Assembly (NCBI RefSeq): GCF_042660085.1
Contig: NZ_JBHSTI010000008.1
Coordinates: forward strand, 600,001-632,000
Direction: 5' to 3'
DNA length: 32,000 nt
DNA from: Longivirga aurantiaca
GTDB lineage: Bacteria; Actinomycetota; Actinomycetes; S36-B12; CAIYMF01
Below are positions 7,450-14,858 of this stretch, one piece after another. Numbering within the stretch: position 1 is the first letter of the stretch; the number at the start of each line of letters is the position of its first letter. The notes beneath the pieces are model-generated. The model did no database searches. It was not told where the DNA came from and saw nothing but the letters and a program-made list of their open reading frames with translations. A program made the position numbers and the translations under genes.

Positions 7450-9803
7450 GCGGTGCGGGTGCTCCGGCCTCGGAGCGCAGGGCCCTCCTGCTGCGAGCGC
7501 TGGCGGCCGCGGCCGTCATCGCCGGCGCCGTGTTCTTCGCCCTCTCCAGCCCGGTGCGGCTCGGGCTCGACCTGCGCGGCGGCACCCAGATCGTGCTCGA
7601 GACGCGCGACACCGGCGAGGTGGTGGCCGACGCGGAGTCGACCGACCGCGTCGTCGAGGTGCTGCGCAAGCGGGTGGACGCGCTCGGCGTGTCCGAGCCG
7701 ACCCTCGCCCGCTCGGGCGAGCGACGGATCATCGTCGAGCTGCCCGGCGTCCTCGACCCCCGCGAGGCGGCCGAGACGATCGGCCGCACCGCCCAGCTCA
7801 CCATCCACCCGGTCGAGGGCGAGGCCGCGGGTGCGACGCCCGAGCCGGGCGGCTCGACCGTCCTGGCGGACGAGTCCGGCCAGCTTCTGCGGCTCGGGCC
7901 GCCCGCCCTCACCGGCGACCTCATCGCCGACGCCACGGCGGGCACCGACCCTTCGCGCGGTGCCAGCTGGTTCGTGACCCTCGGGTTCACCGGCGAGGGC
8001 GTCAGCAGCTGGCGGGACGTCACTGCTGCCGCCGCGTGCGCGGCGCCCGGTGAGTCATCGCGTCGGGTCGCGATCGTCCTCGACGACGCCATCATCTCCT
8101 CGCCGCAGGTCGACCCGTCGATCACGTGCGGTGTCGGGATCCCCGGCGGTGGCACGGAGATCACGGGCACGTTCACCGTGGCGGAGGCGCAGGAGCTCGC
8201 AGCCCTGGTCCGCGGAGGTTCGCTGCCCCTGGACGTCGAGGTGGTCGAGCAGCGGACGGTCGGCCCCACCCTCGGCGCCGCCGCGATCGAGGCCTCGGTG
8301 CAGGCAGCGCTGATCGGCCTCGCGTTCACCGCCCTCTTCATCAGCATCGTCTACCGGCTCGTCGGCATCGCCGCGAGCATCGCGCTTGCTGCCTACAGCC
8401 TCATCGCGTACTCGCTGCTCGTGGCGATCGGCGCGACGCTGACGCTGCCTGGCCTCGCCGGCTTCGTGCTCGCGATCGGGCTGGCGATCGATGCCAACGT
8501 GCTCGTCTTCGAACGAGCGCGGGAGGCGTACGCCGAGGGACGCGTACGCGGCGTGAGCGAGGAGGGAGCGCTGCGGCGCGCGCTCAAGGACGGCTTCGCC
8601 AAGGCCTGGAGCGCGATCATCGACTCGAACGTCACCACGCTCCTGGCGGCTGCGCTGCTGTTCTTCCTCGCCTCGGGTCCGGTGAAGGGGTTCGGCGTCA
8701 CCCTCGGCATCGGTGTGCTCGCCTCGATGGTGTCGGCGCTGGTCATCGCCCGCGTGCTCGCCGAATGGCTCGTCCGCCGTCGCTGGGTGGCGAGTCACCC
8801 CCGGGTCTCGGGCATCACCGGCAACGGCCGGCTGCGGGCCTGGCTCTCGGAGAAGGGCCCGGACCTCATGCGGCGCAGCCGGTTGTGGCTCGCGGTGTCC
8901 GGTGCCCTCGTCGTGGTCGCGCTCGCAGGCGTCGCGGTACGCGGGCTCAACCTGGGCGTGGAGTTCACCGGCGGCCGTCTCCTGGAGTACTCCACGAGCC
9001 GCGAGGTCGACGTCGACGAGGCGCGCGACCTTCTCGCCGCTCAGGGTCTGCCGCGCGCCGTCGTCGCGACGTCGCAGGAGCAGGGCGGGGTCGAGCGCAT
9101 CACCGTGCGCACCGACCCGATCGACAACGACCAGGCCCAGGCCGTTCAGGACGCCCTCGGCACGATCGGCGGCGACGTCGAGAAGGTGAGGGACGAGCTC
9201 GTCGGCCCGACCATCGGCGACGAGCTCCGGCTGAAGGCGCTCATCGCGCTCGGCATCGCGCTCCTGGCGCAGATGGCCTACCTCGCCTACCGGTTCCGCT
9301 GGGCTTTCGGCGGCGCGGCGGTCCTGGCCCTGCTGCACGACGTGATCCTCGTGATCGGTGTGTTCGCGTGGACGGGGAAGTCGGTCGACGGCGTGTTCGT
9401 CGCGGCGCTGCTCACGATCGTCGGGCTCTCGGTCAACGACACCGTCGTGGTGTTCGACCGCATCCGAGAACGGCTGCGGGAGAGCCCGGACCAGCCGCTG
9501 GCAAAGCTCGCGAACACGGCTGTGCTGCAGACGGTGCCGCGCACGATCAACACCGGTATCGGCGCGATGGCGATCCTCGCCGCGCTCGTGCTGCTCGGCG
9601 GGGACTCGCTGGCCGACTTCGCCCTCGCCCTGCTGCTCGGCCTGGTGATCGGAACCCTGTCGTCGGTCTTCACGGCCACCCCGCTGCTGCTCGCACTCTC
9701 CGGGAGGGCGCAGCGCAGGTCGGGCGGGGGATCGGGCTCCCCCTCGGCCTCGCGTCGTCCGCCGGTGATCGATCCCTACGCCGGGGTGCCGTCGGGCAGG
9801 TGA
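7446..9803 (+). CDS. secDF: Fused protein-export membrane protein SecDF
   Basis: I take the start at MSGAGAPASERRALLLRALAAAAVIAGAVFF. SecD part: LGLDLRGGTQIVLE, RKRVDALGVSEPTLARSGERRIIVELPG, EQRTVGPTLG and six TM segments. SecF part: GLNLGVEFTGGRLLEYS, DELVGPTIGDELRLKA, LHDVILVIGVFAW and LTIVGLSVNDTVVVFDRIRE. About 785 aa. Confidence 0.9.
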   Translation: MSGAGAPASERRALLLRALAAAAVIAGAVFFALSSPVRLGLDLRGGTQIVLETRDTGEVVADAESTDRVVEVLRKRVDALGVSEPTLARSGERRIIVELPGVLDPREAAETIGRTAQLTIHPVEGEAAGATPEPGGSTVLADESGQLLRLGPPALTGDLIADATAGTDPSRGASWFVTLGFTGEGVSSWRDVTAAAACAAPGESSRRVAIVLDDAIISSPQVDPSITCGVGIPGGGTEITGTFTVAEAQELAALVRGGSLPLDVEVVEQRTVGPTLGAAAIEASVQAALIGLAFTALFISIVYRLVGIAASIALAAYSLIAYSLLVAIGATLTLPGLAGFVLAIGLAIDANVLVFERAREAYAEGRVRGVSEEGALRRALKDGFAKAWSAIIDSNVTTLLAAALLFFLASGPVKGFGVTLGIGVLASMVSALVIARVLAEWLVRRRWVASHPRVSGITGNGRLRAWLSEKGPDLMRRSRLWLAVSGALVVVALAGVAVRGLNLGVEFTGGRLLEYSTSREVDVDEARDLLAAQGLPRAVVATSQEQGGVERITVRTDPIDNDQAQAVQDALGTIGGDVEKVRDELVGPTIGDELRLKALIALGIALLAQMAYLAYRFRWAFGGAAVLALLHDVILVIGVFAWTGKSVDGVFVAALLTIVGLSVNDTVVVFDRIRERLRESPDQPLAKLANTAVLQTVPRTINTGIGAMAILAALVLLGGDSLADFALALLLGLVIGTLSSVFTATPLLLALSGRAQRRSGGGSGSPSASRRPPVIDPYAGVPSGR

Positions 9804-9909
9804 CCTCGGCGCCCTGCCTGGAAGGACTCACGCACCCCTCGTGCCTACGGTGGTGTGGGGACCGGTTGACCCGCTCGTCAACGGGCGCTACGAGGGAGGG
9901 CAGGACGCC

Positions 9910-10722
9910 ATGCAGATCTCGGACAAGGTCTTCGTGGTCACTGGTGCCGGCAACGGCATCGGCCGTGAGGTGACGCTCGAGCTCATCAGGCGCGGTGCCA
10001 GCGTGGCAGCCGTCGACGTGAGCGAGATCGGCCTGGCGGAGACGGTCGCACTCGCACGGACACCGGCCAGCCGGCTGAGCACCCACACGCTGAGCGTGTC
10101 CGACCGTGCGGCCGTGGAGGCGCTCCCCGAGCAGGTCGTCGCCGTCCACGGACAGGTCGACGGCCTCCTCAGCATCGCCGGCATCATCCAGCGGTTCGTG
10201 CGCCTGGAGGAGCTCTCGATCGAGGAGATCGAGAAGGTCATGGCGGTCAACTTCTGGGGCACGCTCTACCTCGACAAGGCGTTCATCCCCTACCTGAAGA
10301 GGCGCCCCCAGGCGGCGCTGCTCAACGTCTCGAGCATGGGTGGGCTCGTCCCCGTGCCCGGTCAAGGCGCCTACGGCGCGAGCAAGGGTGCGGTGAAGCT
10401 GCTGACCGAGACCCTGTACGCCGAGCTGCAGGGCACCAGCGTCGCGGTCACGGTCGTGTACCCGGGAGGCGTCGCGACCAACATCACCGGCAACTCCGGG
10501 GTCGAGGTGCCGAACATGGACAAGGTGATGGCCAGCGGCACGCCCCCGAAGACCACGGCGGTGCACGACGCCGCCCGCCAGATCGTCGTGGCACTGGCCG
10601 CAGGGAAGCCGCGCCTGCTGATCGGCAGCGACGCCAAGACGCTCGACCGGCTCTCGCGGGTGAACCCCACCAAGGCGATCACGACCGTGGCGAAGCAGAT
10701 GCAGAAGCTCCTGGGGGTCTGA
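9910..10722 (+). CDS. Short-chain dehydrogenase/reductase (SDR) family oxidoreductase
   Basis: The start [21 protein letters not shown] contains the TGxxxGIG Rossmann motif. [18 protein letters not shown] (the YxxxK catalytic motif) and PGGVATN are also present. A GAGGGAGGG RBS lies upstream of 9910. Confidence 0.85.
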   Translation: MQISDKVFVVTGAGNGIGREVTLELIRRGASVAAVDVSEIGLAETVALARTPASRLSTHTLSVSDRAAVEALPEQVVAVHGQVDGLLSIAGIIQRFVRLEELSIEEIEKVMAVNFWGTLYLDKAFIPYLKRRPQAALLNVSSMGGLVPVPGQGAYGASKGAVKLLTETLYAELQGTSVAVTVVYPGGVATNITGNSGVEVPNMDKVMASGTPPKTTAVHDAARQIVVALAAGKPRLLIGSDAKTLDRLSRVNPTKAITTVAKQMQKLLGV

Positions 10723-10814
10723 GCCTCGGGCGCGTGCCGACGCGCGCCGCGGGGAGCGCGGATCGGCACGAGGTTCCGCCGCCGGCGTGCGTGGAGTCGA
10801 GGCACCATGGGCGC

Positions 10815-11222
10815 ATGGCCGAACCCTTCGCTCGCGCGTACTTCCACGGCACGCGTGCCGACCTGTCCGCGGGAGACCTGATCGAGCCCGGCCGCGCGTC
10901 GAACTTCGGCTCTCGGCGTACGGCGAACCACGTGTACGCGACCGGCACGTTCGACGCGGCCGTCTGGGGTGCCGAGCTCGCGGCCGGCGACGGCCCCGGG
11001 CGCATCTACGTGGTCGAGGCGGTCGGGGAGCTCGAGGACGATCCCAACCTCACCGATCAGCGGTTCCCCGGCAACCCCACGCAGTCGTTCCGCTCGCGCG
11101 AACCGCTCCGGGTCCTCGGCGAGATCGTGGGCTGGGAGGGCCATCCGCCCGAGGTGCTGCAGACGATGCGCGACCACCTCGAGACGCTCGCCGCCGACGG
11201 CGTCGAGGCCATGGACGACTGA
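10815..11222 (+). CDS. arr: NAD+--rifampin ADP-ribosyltransferase (Arr family)
   Basis: Taking the start at [32 protein letters not shown] gives 135 aa. It continues [73 protein letters not shown]. This is collinear with the Arr sequences I recall, in both size and motifs. Confidence 0.85.
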   Translation: MAEPFARAYFHGTRADLSAGDLIEPGRASNFGSRRTANHVYATGTFDAAVWGAELAAGDGPGRIYVVEAVGELEDDPNLTDQRFPGNPTQSFRSREPLRVLGEIVGWEGHPPEVLQTMRDHLETLAADGVEAMDD

Positions 11223-11329
11223 TCGAAGCGCCGCGGAGCAGCAGCGCCGCGGCTCCTCCTCCGTCCCTTCGCCCATGTTCCTGCCCGGTGGGTCGACCTC
11301 GCGCGTGCCGAGGCTGCCAGGATCGGGGT

Positions 11330-12952
11330 ATGAGCGATCCGCGTGCCGGCCACCTGCCCACCTCCGCCGACCTGGTCGACGTCGCCCAGCTGGTGACGGC
11401 GTACTTCACGGTGCACCCCGACCCCGAGGACCCGGGCCAGCGGGTGTCGTTCGGCACGAGCGGGCACCGCGGGTCGTCGCTCACGGCCAGCTTCAACGAG
11501 GACCACATCCTCGCCACGACGCAGGCGATCTGCGAGTACCGCACGGCGCAGGGGAGCGACGGCCCGCTGTTCCTCGGTGCCGACACCCACGCCCTCTCCG
11601 AGCCCGCCACCGTCAGCGCCCTCGAGGTGCTGCTCGCCAACGGCGTGCATGTGCTCGTCGACTCGCGCGGCGGATACACGCCCACACCGTCGGTCTCGCG
11701 CGCGATCCTCGTGGCCAACGCCCGCGGGGCCAGGGCCGACGGCATCTGCGTGACGCCGTCGCACAACCCGCCGGCCGACGGCGGCTTCAAGTACAACCCG
11801 CCGGACGGCGGCCCCGCGGGCACCGACATCACCGGATGGGTCCAGGACCGGGCGAACGACCTGCTGCGGGCGGGCCTCGCTGGCGTGAAGCGCGTGTCGC
11901 TCGCGACCCACAAGCCGGGCTACTACGACTTCCTCGACGCGTACGTCGGCGAGCTCGGCGACGTGGTCGACCTTGAGGCGATCGCCCGCGCGGGCGTGCG
12001 CATCGGCGCGGATCCGCTCGGCGGCGCGAGCGTGGGCTACTGGGGCGCGATCGGTGAGCGCTACGGCCTCGACCTCACCGTCGTGAACCCGGACGTCGAC
12101 CAGACGTTCCGCTTCATGACGCTCGACTGGGACGGCAAGATCCGCATGGACTGCTCGTCGCCGTCGGCGATGGCCAGCCTCATCGCCAAGCAGCACGAGT
12201 TCGACATCGCGACGGGCAACGACACCGACTCCGACCGCCACGGCATCGTGACGCCGGACGGCGGGCTCATGAACCCCAACCACTTCCTGGCCGTCGCGAT
12301 CCACTACCTCTACGCGCACCGCGACGGGTGGTCGCCCGATGCGGCCGTCGGCAAGACGCTCGTGAGCTCGTCGATGATCGACCGCGTCGTCGCGGGCCTC
12401 GGCCGTCGTCTGCTCGAGGTGCCGGTGGGCTTCAAGTGGTTCGTGCCGGGCCTTCTCGACGGGTCGGTCGCGTTCGGCGGCGAGGAGAGCGCCGGCGCGA
12501 GCTTCCTGAAGCGCGACGGCTCGGTGTGGACCACCGACAAGGACGGCATCATCCTCGCCCTGCTCGCCTCGGAGATCCAGGCGGTCACGGGCTCGTCGCC
12601 GTCGCAGCTCTACCGCGGGCTCACCGAGCAGTACGGCGAGCCGGCGTACGCACGCATCGACTCGCCGGCCACCCGCGAGCAGAAGGCCATCCTCGGGAGG
12701 CTGTCGCCGCAGCAGGTCACCGCCACGACGCTGGCGGGGGAGCCGATCACCGCCACGCTCACGACGGCGCCGGGCAACGGCGCACCGCTCGGTGGCCTCA
12801 AGGTGCAGACCGAGAACGCGTGGTTCGCCGCCCGGCCGTCCGGCACCGAGGACGTCTACAAGCTCTACGCCGAGTCGTTCAAGGGCCCCGACCACCTCGC
12901 CGACGTCCAGGAGGAGGCGCGCGCGGTGATCGCCACGGCGCTCGCCGGCTGA
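11330..12952 (+). CDS. pgm: Phosphoglucomutase, alpha-D-glucose phosphate-specific
   Basis: 540 aa. Contains SFGTSGHRG, the catalytic-Ser loop [26 protein letters not shown], the metal loop [14 protein letters not shown], the sugar loop GGEESAG, and the phosphate-binding [17 protein letters not shown]. Confidence 0.92.
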   Translation: MSDPRAGHLPTSADLVDVAQLVTAYFTVHPDPEDPGQRVSFGTSGHRGSSLTASFNEDHILATTQAICEYRTAQGSDGPLFLGADTHALSEPATVSALEVLLANGVHVLVDSRGGYTPTPSVSRAILVANARGARADGICVTPSHNPPADGGFKYNPPDGGPAGTDITGWVQDRANDLLRAGLAGVKRVSLATHKPGYYDFLDAYVGELGDVVDLEAIARAGVRIGADPLGGASVGYWGAIGERYGLDLTVVNPDVDQTFRFMTLDWDGKIRMDCSSPSAMASLIAKQHEFDIATGNDTDSDRHGIVTPDGGLMNPNHFLAVAIHYLYAHRDGWSPDAAVGKTLVSSSMIDRVVAGLGRRLLEVPVGFKWFVPGLLDGSVAFGGEESAGASFLKRDGSVWTTDKDGIILALLASEIQAVTGSSPSQLYRGLTEQYGEPAYARIDSPATREQKAILGRLSPQQVTATTLAGEPITATLTTAPGNGAPLGGLKVQTENAWFAARPSGTEDVYKLYAESFKGPDHLADVQEEARAVIATALAG

Positions 12953-13014
12953 CGCGGCGTACGACACACGGGGTTGGGCGGGCGCCGGGGGAGCGGGCGC
13001 GCCAGGATGGGCGC

Positions 13015-13113
13015 ATGACCAACCCGATCCTGGCCTGGGGCCCCCTCGTCGTGTTCTTCGTCGCCGCCGCGGCGGGCTCCCTCCTCGGCTACCTGCAGTT
13101 CCTCGCCCTCTAG
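13015..13113 (+). CDS. Possible 32-aa hydrophobic micropeptide
   Basis: MTNPILAWGPLVVFFVAAAAGSLLGYLQFLAL. Every codon ends in G or C. AGGA lies about 10 nt upstream. It forms a single predicted TM helix. It is below the ORF-track length cutoff, and I recognise no family. Confidence 0.35.
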   Translation: MTNPILAWGPLVVFFVAAAAGSLLGYLQFLAL

Positions 13114-13132
13114 CCGCCCCGCGGTCAACGGC

Positions 13133-13573
13133 GTGACCGGGCCCGACGACGACTGGCAGGCGCGGCGCCGCGAGGCGGCGGACGCGCAGGCCGAGCGTGC
13201 GGCGCGCAACCGCGCCGTCGAGGAGGCCAAGGCCCGTGAGCTCGTCGCCGGCTTCGTCGCGCAGGCGCGATGTCGCAGCCTCGCCACCCAGCCGTTGCGC
13301 GTGCGCGCGGGCGACTCGCGCGACACGTACGCGACCTCCCTGGTCGGCTGGTACCTGCGTCGAGACGGCTCGCTGGCCATCGCGGAGGACGGCGAGATGT
13401 ACGTGCTCACCGCGCCGAAGAGCCTGCGCGCCCGGCTCTCGGGCGTGACGCTGACGCCCGACGAGCCGCGGCTGCAGGCGGGGATCGGCGGCAGGGACGG
13501 CGAGTCGGTCGCGCTCGCCACCCTGCTCGAGCTCCGGCTCGCAGCCGGTGACGACTGGCCGATCACCCGCTGA
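13133..13573 (+). CDS. Hypothetical protein
   Basis: 146-aa ORF with a GTG start and coding-like composition. It has a charged helical N-terminus (DDDWQARRREAADAQAERAARNRAVEEAKARE) and then a mixed region. I recognise no domain. Confidence 0.5.
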   Translation: MTGPDDDWQARRREAADAQAERAARNRAVEEAKARELVAGFVAQARCRSLATQPLRVRAGDSRDTYATSLVGWYLRRDGSLAIAEDGEMYVLTAPKSLRARLSGVTLTPDEPRLQAGIGGRDGESVALATLLELRLAAGDDWPITR

Positions 13574-13589
13574 CCGCGCGGGGCAGGGA

Positions 13590-13657
13590 ATCTGCCCCCG
13601 GTTCGGTCGTGAAGTCACGACCGAACGCCGCGGGAAGCGACGAATCCGGGGGCAGAT
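13590..13657. terminator. Nested inverted repeats between convergent genes; candidate bidirectional terminator
   Basis: Outer arms are ATCTGCCCCCGG (13590-13601) and CCGGGGGCAGAT (13646-13657). The inner hairpin is GTTCGGTCGTGA-AG-TCACGACCGAAC (13601-13626). The element lies between the stop at 13573 (+) and the stop at 13668 (-). There is no U-tract. Confidence 0.4.
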
Positions 13658-13667
13658 CTCCGGAGCG

Positions 13668-14156
13668 TCAGGCGGCCAGCAGGCCGTCGATCTGACCCAT
13701 GGCCTGGCGAAGTCCCTCCTCCATGCCCATCTCGACCATCTGCTCGAGGCTCTCGAGCGAGCTGAAGGTCGAGGTGAGCGTCATGACCACGCCGCCGCCG
13801 GCCCGGTCGACGATGTCGACCTGCATGGAGGTGACGCCCATGCCGTCGAGAGGCGTGCCGTCGTCGTCGGCGAAGCCGTCCTTCACCACGAGCAGGCGCG
13901 GTGCCTCCACCTGCACCACGTCCCAGTAGCCGCGCGGGGTGTCGCCCTCCGGCCCGGTCATGAAGTAGGTGACCCTCCCGCCCGGGCGCAGATCGTGCTC
14001 CTCCACGGTCGCGGGGTACGTCGGCGGCCCCCACCAGCGCTCGAGCTGGCGCGGGTCGGCCCAGAGCTGCCAGGCGCGCTCGGCGGTCACGTCGTACTCG
14101 CCGGTGACCGTCATGGTCAGCCGGTCGAGGTCCTTCTCGATGCTCGTCACGCTCAT
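13668..14156 (-). CDS. SRPBCC-superfamily protein (AHSA1/Aha1-like START fold)
   Basis: 162 aa. AERAWQLWADPRQLERWWGPP...LRPGGRVTYFMTGPEGDTPRGYW is typical of the ArsR-linked AHSA1 family. Its start overlaps the arsR-like stop (TCAT at 14153-14156). Confidence 0.85.
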   Translation of the reverse strand: MSVTSIEKDLDRLTMTVTGEYDVTAERAWQLWADPRQLERWWGPPTYPATVEEHDLRPGGRVTYFMTGPEGDTPRGYWDVVQVEAPRLLVVKDGFADDDGTPLDGMGVTSMQVDIVDRAGGGVVMTLTSTFSSLESLEQMVEMGMEEGLRQAMGQIDGLLAA

Positions 14157-14515
14157 CGCGCCTCTCCTTGGTCGTCGGCCAGTACGTCGGACATGCGGTC
14201 GAACCGGTCCCGCCAGAGCTGCTCGTACGCGTCGAGGAGCGTGCGGGCACGGCGTACCGCCTCGGGCTCACCGGTCACGCGCTGCTCCCTGCCGTGCCTG
14301 CGTCGCGACACGAGCCCCGCCGCCTCGAGGACGGCCACGTGCTTCTGCACGGCGGTCACGCTCATGGGGTAGGCCCGGGCGAGGTTGGACACCGAGTGCT
14401 CGCCGACGAGCACGCGCCGCACGATGTCGCGGCGGGTGGAGTCGGCGAGGGCGTGGAAGAGCCGGTCGACCTCGGAGTCCAAGAGCTGATCTACAACCAT
14501 AAGGTTGTAGATCAT
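14153..14515 (-). CDS. ArsR/SmtB-family winged-helix transcriptional regulator
   Basis: MIYNLMVVDQLLDSEVDRLFHALADSTRRDIVRRVLVGEHSVSNLARAYPMSVTAVQKHVAVLEAAGLVSRRRHGREQ. GGAGG lies 7 nt upstream of the ATG at 14515. An alternative start is the ATG at 14500. Confidence 0.85.
   Translation of the reverse strand: MIYNLMVVDQLLDSEVDRLFHALADSTRRDIVRRVLVGEHSVSNLARAYPMSVTAVQKHVAVLEAAGLVSRRRHGREQRVTGEPEAVRRARTLLDAYEQLWRDRFDRMSDVLADDQGEAR
14488..14513. promoter_or_regulatory. 26-bp palindrome (11-bp perfect arms) overlapping the arsR-like start codon; candidate autoregulatory operator
   Basis: GATCTACAACC-ATAA-GGTTGTAGATC. It is AT-richer than its surroundings and covers codons 1-9 of the ArsR-like ORF. 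Confidence 0.5.
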
Positions 14516-14567
14516 GCAGCACCTCCCCGGGAGCGTCAAGGCTGCCGCCGAGGCCTCGCGCACGACG

Positions 14568-14594
14568 AAGCCCCGGCCGCGGGGGCCGGGGCTT
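14568..14594. terminator. GC-rich stem-loop downstream of the 52-aa Cys-rich gene
   Basis: AAGCCCCGGCC-GCGGG-GGCCGGGGCTT, an 11-bp stem with a 5-nt loop. It lies 17 nt past the stop at 14611 on the minus strand. There is no clear U-tract. Confidence 0.4.
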
Positions 14595-14610
14595 GATCGC
14601 GCGGAGTGCG

Positions 14611-14769
14611 TCAGCGACCGAAGAGGCGGTCGACCAGGGACTTCTTCTGCTCGGGCGGGCAGGCGCAGCGCTGCGACTTCGGGACGCCGCGCATGACCTG
14701 GTCGACGTGCTGGCCGCATCCGGCCCACGTCGCCTTGCCGCAGCGTCGGCAGCTCACCTGTCGGCACAT
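14611..14769 (-). CDS. Six-cysteine miniprotein, copy 1 (52 aa), uncharacterised
   Basis: MCRQVSCRRCGKATWAGCGQHVDQVMRGVPKSQRCACPPEQKKSLVDRLFGR. An AAGGAG RBS lies 8 nt upstream. It has GC3-biased codons and a paralog at 20292-20408. It lies directly downstream of the site A palindrome. The track shows it only inside a longer 89-aa ORF. Confidence 0.6.
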   Translation of the reverse strand: MCRQVSCRRCGKATWAGCGQHVDQVMRGVPKSQRCACPPEQKKSLVDRLFGR

Positions 14770-14797
14770 GTCCTGGTCTCCTTCGTCGGGGTTCGCG

Positions 14798-14837
14798 GTA
14801 GCCATCACTATACCCCCGGGGGTATAGTGATGGCTAC
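14798..14837. promoter_or_regulatory. CsoR/CstR-family operator-like palindrome, site A (40-bp perfect; 60-bp with one mismatch pair)
   Basis: GTAGCCATCACTATACCCCC|GGGGGTATAGTGATGGCTAC is perfectly self-complementary. The flanks 14788-14797 and 14838-14847 extend the symmetry with a single mismatch pair. The core ATACCCCCGGGGGTAT is at 14810-14825. TATAGT is present on both strands as a candidate -10 element. Confidence 0.7.
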
Positions 14838-14858
14838 CACGAACCCCAGGAGGACGCC

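Noticed and set aside
10723-10814. Searched upstream of arr for a rifamycin-associated regulatory element.
   Set aside because: Only a short 6-bp-arm GC repeat is present (GGCGCG-N6-CGCGCC). That is unremarkable in this composition and may simply be the end of the SDR transcript. I cannot match it to the element from memory.
10807-13017. The 11-nt string ATGGGCGCATG occurs at both the arr start (10807-10817) and the micropeptide start (13007-13017).
   Set aside because: Chance recurrence of an 11-mer is expected many times in 32 kb of strongly biased sequence. The flanks do not align.
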